NCBI GenBank assembly: GCA_035307385.1
Contig: DATGID010000062.1
Span: 178,406-242,405, forward strand
Source: Ktedonobacterales bacterium
GTDB taxonomy: Bacteria; Chloroflexota; Ktedonobacteria; Ktedonobacterales; DATBGS01
DNA length: 64,000 nucleotides
Reading direction: 5' to 3'
The notes under the pieces were generated by a model that worked only from the letters and a program-made list of their open reading frames with translations, was not told where the DNA came from and searched no databases. The position numbers and the translations under genes were made by a program. The first letter of the stretch is position 1, and each line of letters opens with the position of its first letter. Below, piece after piece: positions 18,263-28,079 of this stretch.

Positions 18263-19816
18263 GTGCAACATCCCGATGCCCTGGCTCAAATGACTGGTGA
18301 CGCAGCACTTGCAGGATACCAAGAACCGCCAGAGACGCCAGCGCCGCAATTGGCCCCCGTGCCCCCTCCTCCATTTCATCCGGTGCGCGCAGCGCGAACG
18401 CCCCCCTCCACTGAACAGGCGACCGTGCTCCCTATGGCCCAGCACGCCCCGGGCCTCGCGGCGCACGAACAGTTACGCTTCATCCGCCAGGCGGGGCAGG
18501 CATTCGCGGCGGCAACCAGCGAACGCGAAATCTGGCAGGCGCTCGTCAACAGTTTGAAAGAAATCTGCCATTTTGCCACCTGCTCTATCCTTCAGGTAGA
18601 TGCCTCCAGAAACTACAAGCTAGTGGTGATCGTCCGCCATCCCTTGAGCCAGCGCTTCTTGCAGCAAAACATCGAGCGGCTGGCGTTTGAGGTCTTGCGA
18701 ACCGAAATGCCTCCGGTGAAGCTGCCACACCTGGCGGTGCGCCAGGTGCTTGAGGCGCCCGCTAAGATCGACAGCACAGAACCCCCCGAGCAGCCACCGG
18801 CAGAACGCATCGAAGCCTTCCTGGCGCAACCACTCGTCAGCCAGGGACGTATGATCGGCATGTTGGGGCTGGCCGACGAGCGCTGGGGCGTCTTTGACAA
18901 AGAGCACGAGGCATTTCTGGGGGCGCTGGCCGACTATACCGCCATCGCGCTGGAGAACATCCGTCTGCGCCAGGCGGAACAAAGCCGTGGCGAGCGGGCG
19001 CTTCCACCAGCCCTGAATGACGTGTCTGACGAGCAGCAAATCGAGAAATGGAAAGATGACTTTCTTTCCAGCATCTCGCATGAACTGAGGACGCCGCTCA
19101 CGCCCATCAAGGGCTATACACAGCATTTGCTGCGCCGGGCAGAGCGCAGGATGGCAGCAGCCAGCGCCGAAGCCGATGGACAGATCGGTTCGCCGCCCGC
19201 AGAAAGCTACGAGCAGCGCTGTCTGAGCATCATTCAAAGCGAGGCCGAGCATCTGGAGCGGCTGGTCAATAACCTGCTTGATTTCTCGCTGCTCCAACAA
19301 GAAGCCTTACGCCTGCACCCGATTGAGTTTGACTTGGCCGAACTGGTCAGGCAGACCGTCCAATCCATTCAGATTGCCGCCGATCAACATCAATTCACCC
19401 TCAACGTCTGGGCAAAGGAAACCATGGTGCGCGCAGACCGCGAGCGCATCCGCGTCGTGATTGGCAATCTGATTGATAACGCCGTCAAATATTCTCCCAA
19501 TGGTGGCCCAGTGACCATCAATCTTGAGGCGCGCGAGCGCGAACTGGTGGTGGCCGTCATCGATAGGGGCATCGGCATCGCGCCCGAACAGCTTACGCGC
19601 CTGTTTGATCGCTTCTATCATCCCAGCGCGCTCAGTTCTCATCAGTATGGCGGCATTGGGGTCAGCCTCTATCTGGCGCAGGCCATCCTGAAGCTGCACG
19701 ATGGACGCATCTGGGCAGAGAGCAACCGCAACCAGAGCGAGACCGGCGCGCTGGTGGCCTTCGCTCTGCCAAGGGAGAACGCGGCAGCGCTAACCGAACC
19801 CACCAACGAAGCCTGA
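18263..19816 (+). CDS. GAF-domain sensor histidine kinase (GAF, HisKA, HATPase_c)
   Basis: H-box SISHELRTPLTPIKGY. The ATPase domain carries DNAVKYSP and GIGIAPE/GGIGVSLYLA. The N-terminal GAF-like region is AATSEREIWQALVNSL.... Confidence 0.8.
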   Translation: MQHPDALAQMTGDAALAGYQEPPETPAPQLAPVPPPPFHPVRAARTPPSTEQATVLPMAQHAPGLAAHEQLRFIRQAGQAFAAATSEREIWQALVNSLKEICHFATCSILQVDASRNYKLVVIVRHPLSQRFLQQNIERLAFEVLRTEMPPVKLPHLAVRQVLEAPAKIDSTEPPEQPPAERIEAFLAQPLVSQGRMIGMLGLADERWGVFDKEHEAFLGALADYTAIALENIRLRQAEQSRGERALPPALNDVSDEQQIEKWKDDFLSSISHELRTPLTPIKGYTQHLLRRAERRMAAASAEADGQIGSPPAESYEQRCLSIIQSEAEHLERLVNNLLDFSLLQQEALRLHPIEFDLAELVRQTVQSIQIAADQHQFTLNVWAKETMVRADRERIRVVIGNLIDNAVKYSPNGGPVTINLEARERELVVAVIDRGIGIAPEQLTRLFDRFYHPSALSSHQYGGIGVSLYLAQAILKLHDGRIWAESNRNQSETGALVAFALPRENAAALTEPTNEA

Positions 19817-19838
19817 ACTGCTGCCCAGCAGATTTTTC

Positions 19839-19884
19839 AGAAGGAAGCCTGGCCTTGCCACGTGGCAAGGCCAGGCTTCCTTCT
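19839..19884. terminator. perfect 20-bp-stem hairpin immediately downstream of the histidine kinase gene
   Basis: AGAAGGAAGCCTGGCCTTGCCA - CGTG - GCAAGGCCAGGCTTCCTTCT. Confidence 0.5.
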
Positions 19885-20087
19885 GTATGAACGTGCCCAC
19901 CTCACGCCGGGAAAGTGAAATGGTTTATAGCCATTTCCGCTTCGATCATCTACTATGAGAATAGAAGTGTAAAGGAATTGTAACCTTCGCTCTGGTCATT
20001 CGTAGTTTTCTGTAGAAGGTCTTAGCCGACCCCTCTCAAGAGAGGACGGCGCACAGCGGCCCAGATCACGGGCAAAGAGGTGCTATT

Positions 20088-20288
20088 ATGCTTCCAGTTG
20101 AATCGACCATCACCCAGGATGAAGAAATAGAGGCGCTGCAAGAGCAGGGCTTCACCCAAGACCAGATCGCGCTCATCACGCGCTTCCGCAATGACTATAC
20201 CTCCGGCCTGTATAAAGATGAGCCGCCAGAACACCGCCGTCTGGAATTTCTCCGCTGGCTCTATGCCAACGGCAAAATCCAGGGCTAG
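20088..20288 (+). CDS. hypothetical small protein (66 aa)
   Basis: ORF with a plausible RBS context. No recognisable family. It is followed by a clear intrinsic terminator. Confidence 0.4.
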   Translation: MLPVESTITQDEEIEALQEQGFTQDQIALITRFRNDYTSGLYKDEPPEHRRLEFLRWLYANGKIQG

Positions 20289-20334
20289 CGTCTTCAGGTG
20301 AGCGCTGCCTCCTGGCACGCTCCCTTTCTATAGA

Positions 20335-20380
20335 ACAGACGAGGCGTCTTACTGCAAGACGCCTCGTCTGTTTTTCTTCG
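20335..20380. terminator. rho-independent terminator (16-bp perfect stem plus T-run) between convergent genes
   Basis: ACAGACGAGGCGTCTT - ACTGC - AAGACGCCTCGTCTGT followed by TTTTTCTTCG. Confidence 0.65.
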
Positions 20381-20385
20381 TTCGA

Positions 20386-21396
20386 TCACGTCCGAGCCGC
20401 CGCTGGCTGGCGCAGCCAGTCGATCACCCGCTGCTGAAAGCGCTCGGGCTGCTCATCCTGCGGCAGCATCTTGCTGCCATTGATGATCTCTACCTGGGTG
20501 CCAGGGTTCAAACGCTGGAACGCCTGGGCCTCTGCCGCCGGAGCCATTTCCGCCTGTTTTCCCCACACAATAAGTGTCGGCTGGGAAAGCTGCGCAAAAG
20601 CTTCGGCAATATCGATATTGAGATGCCCCGTCACAAAACGCAGCGGCACGTAGCGCGCCCCAGGCTGGTGCGCGGGGATGTAGTAGTAATCAACCAGGTC
20701 GGCGGTGACCGCCTCTGGCCGCAGATAGACGTGCCGCGAGAGATACGAGTGCATCGCCGCCCGCGAGGCAACAGCGTTATAGACGCTTTCGCCAATGATT
20801 GGCGCGCGCATCACCTGCCAGAACGCGCGCTGCGCCAGCGTCGGGCCTCTGCTGAGTGCATACACGCCCGCAGGCTCGACCAGCACCAGCCGCTCAAAGA
20901 GCTTCGGACGCTGAAACGCAGCCATGATAGCATACGCCGCGCTGAGCGAACTGGCAACCACATGCACCGGATGCTCAGCGCCCCCTGCCGCTTCGCGCAC
21001 AAAATCAATCAGCAGTTGGACAAAGGTCTGCGCCGTGTAATCGAGCCGGGGACGGCTGGAAAGCCCAAACCCCAGCAGATCAGGAGCGTAGACCCGAAAA
21101 TGCTCTGCGAGAGCGTCAACGTTCTTGCGCCACTCAAACGCCGAAGCGCCAGCAGAGATACCATGCGCCAGCACCAGCGGCTCGCCCTGGCCCTTGACCT
21201 TGTAAAATACATCACCCTCGGTCCAGGGATAGCGGCGGCTTTCCCCGCTGAGTGCGCTAAATGGTTCCCCTGCCCGGCGCGCAATCGCGCGGTTGACGAC
21301 AGCCAGCGCGCCCAGCCCTCCGGCAACGCTGAGCAACGCTGCTACTCCACTGCCCCTGTCCAGGCGCGCACGGCGTTTCGATGACCTGCTTGGCAT
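20386..21396 (-). CDS. alpha/beta-fold hydrolase
   Basis: The LVLAHGISAGASAFEW oxyanion region and a G-x-S-x-G-like nucleophile context are present. Size of 336 aa is typical. Confidence 0.75.
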   Translation of the reverse strand: MPSRSSKRRARLDRGSGVAALLSVAGGLGALAVVNRAIARRAGEPFSALSGESRRYPWTEGDVFYKVKGQGEPLVLAHGISAGASAFEWRKNVDALAEHFRVYAPDLLGFGLSSRPRLDYTAQTFVQLLIDFVREAAGGAEHPVHVVASSLSAAYAIMAAFQRPKLFERLVLVEPAGVYALSRGPTLAQRAFWQVMRAPIIGESVYNAVASRAAMHSYLSRHVYLRPEAVTADLVDYYYIPAHQPGARYVPLRFVTGHLNIDIAEAFAQLSQPTLIVWGKQAEMAPAAEAQAFQRLNPGTQVEIINGSKMLPQDEQPERFQQRVIDWLRQPAAART

Positions 21397-21492
21397 GCGA
21401 TCTTCCCTCTCGCGGTGAACGGCTGGCGGAGCACAGCGCCCACGCCAGAAGACACCGGCGCTGCAAAAAGCATGCCCGCCGCAGGCGCAGCG

Positions 21493-21996
21493 CTAGCCGT
21501 TTCCTTTGCCGTGTTCGGTGATCTCGCCAGCCAGCAAGCCAACCGCGTGCGGCAGGGCAGGCAGGATGGCCCCCAAACATTCGCGCACGCCCTTGGGGCT
21601 GCCGGGAAGATTGATGATCAGGCTCGCGCCGCGCGTGCCAGCCACCGCCCGCGACAGCATGCCAAAGGGTGTGTGCTTCAGGCTTTCCAGACGCATCGCC
21701 TCCGCAATCCCCGGCGCCTGGCGCTCCAGGACGGCCAGCGTGGCCTCCGGCGTCAGATCATACGGACCAAGGCCGGTGCCGCCGGTCGTCAGAATCAAGC
21801 CAATCTTCTGGTCATCGGCCCACTGCCGCAGCCGCGCCTCGATCATGGCGCGGTCATCAGGCACAATTTCATAGGCCACCACCTGGCCGCCAATCTCTGG
21901 GGCGCTGACCAACTCGCGGATGGCTGCGCCGCTGGTGTCTTCGCGCTCGCCGCGCGCGCCCTTGGTGCTGACCGTCAAAATACCAACGCGAAACAT
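21493..21996 (-). CDS. mogA: molybdopterin adenylyltransferase / molybdenum cofactor biosynthesis protein (MogA/MoaB family)
   Basis: VGILTVSTKGARGEREDTSG...GLILTTGGTG...LINLPGSPKG matches the MogA/MoaB fold motifs. Start chosen at MFRVGIL. Confidence 0.8.
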   Translation of the reverse strand: MFRVGILTVSTKGARGEREDTSGAAIRELVSAPEIGGQVVAYEIVPDDRAMIEARLRQWADDQKIGLILTTGGTGLGPYDLTPEATLAVLERQAPGIAEAMRLESLKHTPFGMLSRAVAGTRGASLIINLPGSPKGVRECLGAILPALPHAVGLLAGEITEHGKGNG

Positions 21997-22220
21997 GGCT
22001 CTGCCTCTTTCCCACAAAAATGTTCCTTGCCTTCGTTTCTATTGTCGAACCGCTGATCGCATTCCTGCAAGTTCCTGGCAATCGAGCAATCGCCTCCCTT
22101 CTCTATACCATATGGGCTACATGGTTTCTGATTTCTTGTCAAGCCGAAAGGAATACGCCATAATAGCGGTAGTCGCAAAGCACTTGCTCCACGCGCAGAG
22201 AGGAAAGAGGAGTTGGACCG

Positions 22221-23168
22221 GTGAAACAGATCAATAATCGCCCGGGGCAGCCCCAACCCTCTCGCGCAGATCACATGCCCGAATCGGCGTTAGTGGTGGC
22301 GGGCACTCAGGCCACACGTCCCCGAAAAACGCGTCCGCGCGGCGGGCCAATCCGCATGTCCAGCCTGCCGCCATCGCCTCCACTGCGTGGATTATCGCTC
22401 CTGTTCTCCAGATGCTTTGGGCCACTCCAACCGCTGCGCTTTTTCTGGTCCATCGCCCGCTGGCTCTGGCTGGCAGCCGGATTAATCGTCATTGCCGCTG
22501 CTGCTGTGGACTATTTGCTTGACCTCTTTGCAGGCAGCCTCCCCAGCATTACGAGCGCATTTTTCCACAGCCCGGTGCTGGCGATACCAACGGTCCATCC
22601 ACTGCGTTTCATGGCGGGGGCTGGCATTGCGCTGGTCATTACGGGACTGGCCTGGGGAGCAGCGCACGAACATCAACGACGCCTCAATGCCAGGGCTGAA
22701 CGGGTGCGGCGGGCCATTCGCAATGGCATGACCACCGATCTGATTGACGGCGAAATGCGCGCCGCCTTGCTCGCGGGGGATTTCTATGGCAATTTCCAAC
22801 TTGCCACCGAGGTTCACGAGCAAGATCGCATTGCCGATGCCGTCTGCCTCTATCAACTGATTCTGGACCAGGTGCCGCGACATTTTGGCGCAAATTATAA
22901 CCTGGGTCTGATTCATGCCGAGACAGAACATTTTGACACCGCCGAAGGATACTGCCGCACAGCGATTCTCTTGAATGCCGAAAGCGCGGAGGCCCAGGGA
23001 TTGACCGCCTATGTGCTCTATCGGCTGGGGTTGCTGGAGGAAGCGCAGCGGCGCGCCCGGCTGGCAGTGCGCATGGGCTTCTCTTCGCAAATGCTGGAAT
23101 CGGTGATTTTACCTGGGCTGGGCGTCACCAGTTCGATGCCAGCAACACGTTCGGTCAGAGACGTATAA
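22221..23168 (+). CDS. membrane-anchored TPR-repeat protein
   Basis: Hydrophobic helices in the N-terminal half. The C-terminal TPR-like helical repeats are NYNLGLIHAETEHFDTAEGYCRTAILLNAESAEAQGLTAYVLYRLGLLEEAQ. Confidence 0.6.
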   Translation: MKQINNRPGQPQPSRADHMPESALVVAGTQATRPRKTRPRGGPIRMSSLPPSPPLRGLSLLFSRCFGPLQPLRFFWSIARWLWLAAGLIVIAAAAVDYLLDLFAGSLPSITSAFFHSPVLAIPTVHPLRFMAGAGIALVITGLAWGAAHEHQRRLNARAERVRRAIRNGMTTDLIDGEMRAALLAGDFYGNFQLATEVHEQDRIADAVCLYQLILDQVPRHFGANYNLGLIHAETEHFDTAEGYCRTAILLNAESAEAQGLTAYVLYRLGLLEEAQRRARLAVRMGFSSQMLESVILPGLGVTSSMPATRSVRDV

Positions 23169-23190
23169 GAGACTTGTAGCAGCGTCTCCG

Positions 23191-23415
23191 TTGTCAGAGG
23201 GTTCCTTTTCCGGTTTTCCTGATGGGGAGGTTTCACCTATGCATCGGGCATTTGGTCGGCTCATCTTCGGCGTGTTTCTCGGATTGCTGCTTGGCAAAAT
23301 AGTGCGTCGGCGGCGCGCAAGGCATTGGGCTAGAGGTCACTTCGACCCGGATGGCTACCCCGGCTGGGAAAGGCGCGGCGGGCCGCACCACCACGAGCAT
23401 CATCCCCACCATTAA
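23191..23415 (+). CDS. small His-rich membrane peptide (TM helix followed by a HHHEHHPHH tail)
   Basis: 74-aa ORF with one TM helix (LIFGVFLGLLLG), a basic stretch and a His-rich C-terminus. It may be metal-binding. The true start could be the internal ATG (MHRAF). Confidence 0.35.
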   Translation: MSEGSFSGFPDGEVSPMHRAFGRLIFGVFLGLLLGKIVRRRRARHWARGHFDPDGYPGWERRGGPHHHEHHPHH

Positions 23416-23547
23416 GCGTCAGCGCGAGAGACGGGCCTGGAGTGGAATAAGAAAATGCGCCGTACGCGCTCCAGAAGAAGCATGGAGGGCTGTACGGCGC
23501 TGAATAATAAAGGACCAATAAGACCGGATAAAGGCGGGGAAGGGGTA

Positions 23548-23901
23548 CTAGGCTTCGATGCGGTAGCTGTCGAGAATACACTCCACCTCAGCAGCAACGA
23601 TGCATGACTGCACTCGTTTACGGGCAATGCTGACTCCATCAGCCGTTTGCAGATCAGCCTCATCCAGAAGGTCACACGCCTGCTCAATTGCCCCGCTTTC
23701 CTGAAGGAAGTCGTGATAGCTGGCCGCATCCAGTGAAAATGCTGAGCAGATTGGAACAACGAAGATACGCTGCAAAGCGCCGCTCTTCTTGTCGCTCTGC
23801 CCTGAAGTTCTCACCTCCCAGTTCACCCCTGCGCCCGCAGGAGCGCTCTCATCAGCGGATAGCTCCTGCACAAAAACCAGGGTGTGTTCAGTTAATCCCA
23901 T
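23548..23901 (-). CDS. hypothetical protein (117 aa, start chosen at MGLTEH)
   Basis: ORF only. Weak RBS. No family recognised. Confidence 0.3.
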   Translation of the reverse strand: MGLTEHTLVFVQELSADESAPAGAGVNWEVRTSGQSDKKSGALQRIFVVPICSAFSLDAASYHDFLQESGAIEQACDLLDEADLQTADGVSIARKRVQSCIVAAEVECILDSYRIEA

Positions 23902-24318
23902 GAAGACCTCGGCATCTTCTAACTGGCAGCAGTGTTGTCTGGCGCTGCGCTCTGAGGAAAAAGTGCAGGCAGAGCAAGCCCGCTGCTTCCCGCCGGAGGG
24001 CAATTCGCACCTCATCATTCAGCGCGGCAGCGCTCCAGATGATGCGTGTGAAATGCCTCCACTCGCTGAAACGAGAGAGCATTTTTCAGGTAACAACTGT
24101 GAAAAACTGAGGAAAAAAGTACCCCCTCTCTCCTGGCCCTCCTGGGAGGGCTGGCTGGCTTCTGGCCCCATGCCAGCCAGCTTTCCGGCGCCAGAGGAGA
24201 GAGAAAGAAGCGCCGCCGGGCTATTTTAAGCTCTTGACTGTTTCCCAGTCAGAGCGTATCCTCTGCACAGAGCGGAATGGATGGGTTCCGCCATCATTTC
24301 AGAGGAGGAAATAACAGC

Positions 24319-24510
24319 ATGCGCAGCAGACTGGTCGGCATCATCGGTACTGTTCTCGGCCTCATCCTGGCGATCTTGGGTGTCTATCTCTGGTTCATCA
24401 GCTCCGTACCACACCACAAACTCGGCCCTGCCTTCCTGGTGGTCGGGGTCATCCTGCTGGCCTTTGGCGCCTGGGCCTATGTTGGCAGCGCCAGAGCCAA
24501 AGCCGCCTAG
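24319..24510 (+). CDS. small two-helix membrane protein (63 aa)
   Basis: Strong RBS (GAGGAGG) 7 nt upstream of the ATG at 24319. Two hydrophobic helices. Confidence 0.5.
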   Translation: MRSRLVGIIGTVLGLILAILGVYLWFISSVPHHKLGPAFLVVGVILLAFGAWAYVGSARAKAA

Positions 24511-24703
24511 AAGTTCGAGAACGCCTCGCGCTTCGCACTTTTTACGCCTCTTCCCGCAGAGGGCTGCTCGCCGTTACCTGGCGAGCGGCCCTCTGTATGC
24601 TGATGCGGGCAGCCCATCAGCGATTTGCTTGACGCTCTGCCGTCGATCTGCTAGGATGAGCGCAAGGCAGCCAGGAACTGCCAGGAAAGCCAGGGGAAAA
24701 AAC

Positions 24704-25675
24704 ATGGTCACGCTCTTGCTTCGCGTGCTTTCCCACAGCACCGCCATCCAACCGCTGCTAGATATTCCAACCACGCGAGGCAGTGTCCAAAGTGTGTTTC
24801 CGCGCGCCGCAAACCTCTTGTTTGGAAGCCGATTGCTGACCTTGCACGCGCGCGATACCCCTTGCGCGCCGAACGGATTGGTCCTGCCACTGCGCGCGGG
24901 ACAGGGACCGCTGGCCGATCTCCAGACCGGCATGGCCGTCATCATCGAGCGGGGCACCATCTACATTCCAACCCCCAGCCTGCGCCTGAGCACCCAGAAC
25001 AGCCAACCCTGGAATCCTCGGCCACACCTGGAACCTGGCGCGTGCCCACCAGAGCGCCTGGAACGCAATCTGGAACGGCTGACCACCTTGATGGCGGGAA
25101 AAGCCTCCAGAGATGGATTGGCGGCGCTGGCAAACTTGCCGGTTGACGCCGCAGGCGTCAGTGCATCAGCAGAAGCCGAGGCATCCGCTGATGAATCGTT
25201 TCTGCTGCACACTGCCCGGTCCGCCGCAGCGCTGTTACTGGACGGCGTGATTCACCAGAACCACCAGGCAATGCGCCAGGGAGCCAGCACCCTCACCGGT
25301 CTGGGGCCGGGACTCACGCCATCTGGCGATGATCTGCTGATTGGATTTATGGCTGCCACCAGCGTGCTGAATGCGCCGCTCGGACTCAGCAGCGATTTTT
25401 ATCAGCGCTTGCATATGGAACTCCTGACCATTGCACGCGGACGCACCAACAAGCTGAGCATCACCTGGATGGAATACGCCAGGCAAGGCGAGGTGGCCGA
25501 ACACCTGGGGCACCTTTTTCACGCGCTCGTAGGCGATAACGCTCGTCTGCTAGAGGACGCCGCGCTGACGGTTTTGAAAAGCGGCGCAACCTCCGGCGGC
25601 GATCTCCTGGCTGGCATCATCCTGGGGAGTCGCTGCCTGATCGAGCAGCACAGGCTAGAACAAGCGAGAGGTTGA
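24704..25675 (+). CDS. DUF2877-family protein (YlbF/AllH-like)
   Basis: The GLTPSGDD motif is characteristic of DUF2877. The start was set at the ATG at 24704 (MVTLLLRV). The long upstream in-frame extension in the ORF track overlaps another gene and is probably a high-GC artefact. Confidence 0.7.
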   Translation: MVTLLLRVLSHSTAIQPLLDIPTTRGSVQSVFPRAANLLFGSRLLTLHARDTPCAPNGLVLPLRAGQGPLADLQTGMAVIIERGTIYIPTPSLRLSTQNSQPWNPRPHLEPGACPPERLERNLERLTTLMAGKASRDGLAALANLPVDAAGVSASAEAEASADESFLLHTARSAAALLLDGVIHQNHQAMRQGASTLTGLGPGLTPSGDDLLIGFMAATSVLNAPLGLSSDFYQRLHMELLTIARGRTNKLSITWMEYARQGEVAEHLGHLFHALVGDNARLLEDAALTVLKSGATSGGDLLAGIILGSRCLIEQHRLEQARG

Positions 25676-25722
25676 CACTCCCCATGCCAAAGGGCAGAGG
25701 ATTCTTCCTTCATCCAGCCAAC

Positions 25723-25974
25723 TTAACAGCGTGCAATCGCTTGCCACGCCCGATCTGCTGCTGCTTGACGGGCCATCGAATTGAGCCGAGCGGCAAAAGG
25801 GAACACTTGTGCCAATTGGGCACAGAGAGCTTGCAGATCGTTCTTGCCAACATACTGCCCATCCATCCAGAGCCGGAGCGCCTTGTTGCGCACAAACTGC
25901 GTCGTGCGAATGGCCTCAACAATCGCCATCCGCTGGGTCTGGTTGGTCCGCAGTTTGTATTCCAAGATCAGCAT
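25723..25974 (-). pseudogene. tnpB: IS605/IS1341-type TnpB (OrfB) N-terminal fragment (83 aa); truncated transposase-associated RNA-guided nuclease remnant
   Basis: MLILEYKLRTNQTQRMAIVEAIRTTQFVRNKALRLWMD plus ...LNSMARQAAADRAWQAI match the conserved TnpB N-terminal pattern (YKLxPT.eQ....l....RfvYN ... q.al.rld.A). The ORF stops after 83 aa. No RuvC/zinc-finger part follows. Confidence 0.55.
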
Positions 25975-25977
25975 ATG

Positions 25978-26145
25978 TCACTTCTGCTTCCGTTGGCGGC
26001 GGGCCAGATAATCCCGCACGGCCCAGAGGATTTCGCTGTTCATCGAGCGTCCTTCCTCCTTTGCCGCTTGTTTCAATTGAGCCGCCAATTCAGGCGGAAA
26101 GCGCACATTGATATTGGTAATAGCAGGTTTCTCTTGCTCGCTCAT
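25978..26145 (-). CDS. Arc/MetJ-type ribbon-helix-helix DNA-binding protein (55 aa)
   Basis: MSEQEKPAITNINVRFPPELAAQLKQAAKEEGRSMNSEILWAVRDYLARRQRKQK has the RHH beta-strand (NVRFP), helix A and helix B. It lies immediately upstream of the TnpB fragment on the same strand. Confidence 0.5.
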   Translation of the reverse strand: MSEQEKPAITNINVRFPPELAAQLKQAAKEEGRSMNSEILWAVRDYLARRQRKQK

Positions 26146-26247
26146 ATAGCTATTATGGCATCACAGTAGCTCTACTTCAAGTGCTGAGCGCGGCTACATC
26201 CCTATGCCTAAAGGACGGGGCCTTCGCCGCGTAAGAAAGGTAACGCC

Positions 26248-27945
26248 ATGACATTCACGGTTCAAGATGCCTTGAAAGTCGGCCCGCTGCGCTCTGCCCG
26301 CGTGCTGGCAGGAACGGATGGATTGAATCATCCGCTCTCCTATGTCAATGTCATGGAAGTGCCCGACATTCTCAAATGGGTCAAACGCGATGAACTGCTC
26401 CTGACCACCCTCTATCCCATGCGCGACATGACCATCTCGCCCGGCGAATTGGTGCGCGAACTCTCCCAGCGCCATCTCGCGGGCATTGCCGTGAAAATCG
26501 GGCGCTATGTCGATGGCGTGCCCGAGGAAATGGTCGAGGCCGCCGAACGCGAGCGCCTGCCGCTGCTGGAATTGCAAGCCGATGTGTCTTTTAATGACAT
26601 CATCAATTCACTGCTGGCGGAAATCCTGAATGCCCAGGCCAATCGCCTGCGCCATTCCCAGGATGTGCATCAGCGGTTCACTGATATTGTCCTGGCGGGC
26701 GGGGGCCTGGGCGAAATTGCCGAAAACCTGGCGGCGCTGCTGCAAAACCCGATTCTCATCGTCGGTCCGGAACGCCGCGTGCTGGCCGCCGCCGAAAGCG
26801 CCGAAAGCAATGGCTTGCTGGCGCAGCTTATCACCAAGCAGGGCGATCACCAGCAGTTGGAGGCCAGTGAACTCGGAGACGGCACAAAAAGCGCCAAAGC
26901 CGCCTCGACTACCCGGCGCATGCTCCACGTGGGCAACGAAACCATCCCCTGCGCGGTGCGCCCCATTCGGGTGGGCACGGCGTTCTATGGCTCAATTATT
27001 GCTGTGCTAAGTAATCAGGAACTGAATGATGGCATGGTTATGGCAATCGATCACGCTGCAACGGTTGCAGCCATAGACATCATGAAACAACAAGCCATCC
27101 TGAATGTCGAGCGGCGTTTTCAGGCCGACTTCCTCGACGACCTACTCTCTGGACGCATCCAGTCGCGCGAAGCCGTTTCGGCCAGAGCCAGCGCGCTGGC
27201 CTGGAACCTTGACCGGCCCGCGCTGGTCATGGTCATCGCCTTTCATCGTGCAGGCCAGGACCCAGCGCAGCGCTGGCGCAACCATACGGCTTTCCGGCGC
27301 GAGGGCGTGCGGCTCATCGACCTGGCGCGCACCACGCTTCAGAAGCTTGATCGCAGCGTCATTCTGTGGGAGCGCTCTGACAGCCTGGTCGCGCTGCTCA
27401 GCGAACCTTGCGCCCGCCAGAATCAGCCCGCGCAGGTGCGCCAGGCCAGCATGCAGTTTGCCAAACATATCAACGAAGAACTGCATATCGCCGGGGGCGA
27501 AGACTGCTCGACCATCGGCGTGGGCCGCGCCTACAGCGACCCACTCAAGCTGCATCTGAGCTATGAAGAGGCGCGCCAGGCGCTGGTCATCGGGGCCAAG
27601 GTCTGGGGCAGCGGCACCTTCAGCCACTTTGAAGACCTGGGCGTCTATCGCATCCTGCATCATCACCCCGATAAAGCCGAACTGGACAGCTTCGCCGAAG
27701 AGGTGCTGGGCAAGCTGATCGAATATGATCGCAAACGCAACACCGATCTGGTCGAGACGCTGGATGTCTTGATGGACTGCAACCTCAACATCTCCGTCGC
27801 GGCGCGGCGTCTCTACCTGCATTACAACAGCCTGCGCTATCGCCTCCAAAAAATCGAAGAACTGATCGGCCCATTTGTCGACGACGCCCATCAGCGCTTC
27901 AACCTCCAGTTTGCGCTGCGCATCCGCAAGGCCAGGCAGCTTTAA
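26248..27945 (+). CDS. PucR-family transcriptional regulator (purine-catabolism regulator-like)
   Basis: 565 aa. The N-terminal PucR-like domain is LRSARVLAGTDGLNHPLSYVNVMEVPDI. The C-terminal PucR-type HTH is LDVLMDCNLNISVAARRLYLHYNSLRYRLQKIEELIG. Confidence 0.75.
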   Translation: MTFTVQDALKVGPLRSARVLAGTDGLNHPLSYVNVMEVPDILKWVKRDELLLTTLYPMRDMTISPGELVRELSQRHLAGIAVKIGRYVDGVPEEMVEAAERERLPLLELQADVSFNDIINSLLAEILNAQANRLRHSQDVHQRFTDIVLAGGGLGEIAENLAALLQNPILIVGPERRVLAAAESAESNGLLAQLITKQGDHQQLEASELGDGTKSAKAASTTRRMLHVGNETIPCAVRPIRVGTAFYGSIIAVLSNQELNDGMVMAIDHAATVAAIDIMKQQAILNVERRFQADFLDDLLSGRIQSREAVSARASALAWNLDRPALVMVIAFHRAGQDPAQRWRNHTAFRREGVRLIDLARTTLQKLDRSVILWERSDSLVALLSEPCARQNQPAQVRQASMQFAKHINEELHIAGGEDCSTIGVGRAYSDPLKLHLSYEEARQALVIGAKVWGSGTFSHFEDLGVYRILHHHPDKAELDSFAEEVLGKLIEYDRKRNTDLVETLDVLMDCNLNISVAARRLYLHYNSLRYRLQKIEELIGPFVDDAHQRFNLQFALRIRKARQL

Positions 27946-28079
27946 TCCCTCCGGCTGGCAAGAGTGTGCGAATTGATGAGCGGCTTTCGTCACATTTCCC
28001 AATGGACAGAAGCCCACCATGCTGCTTGAATAGAGGTTGTAATCTGCCCCTTCCGGCAACTTTTGACCCGAGGATACCC

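Noticed and set aside
24281-24703. Upstream in-frame extension of the DUF2877 ORF (the ORF track starts at 24281)
   Set aside because: The extension overlaps the well-supported small membrane protein gene (RBS GAGGAGG, 24319-24510) in another frame and is low-complexity. The ATG at 24704 gives a protein of normal DUF2877 length.
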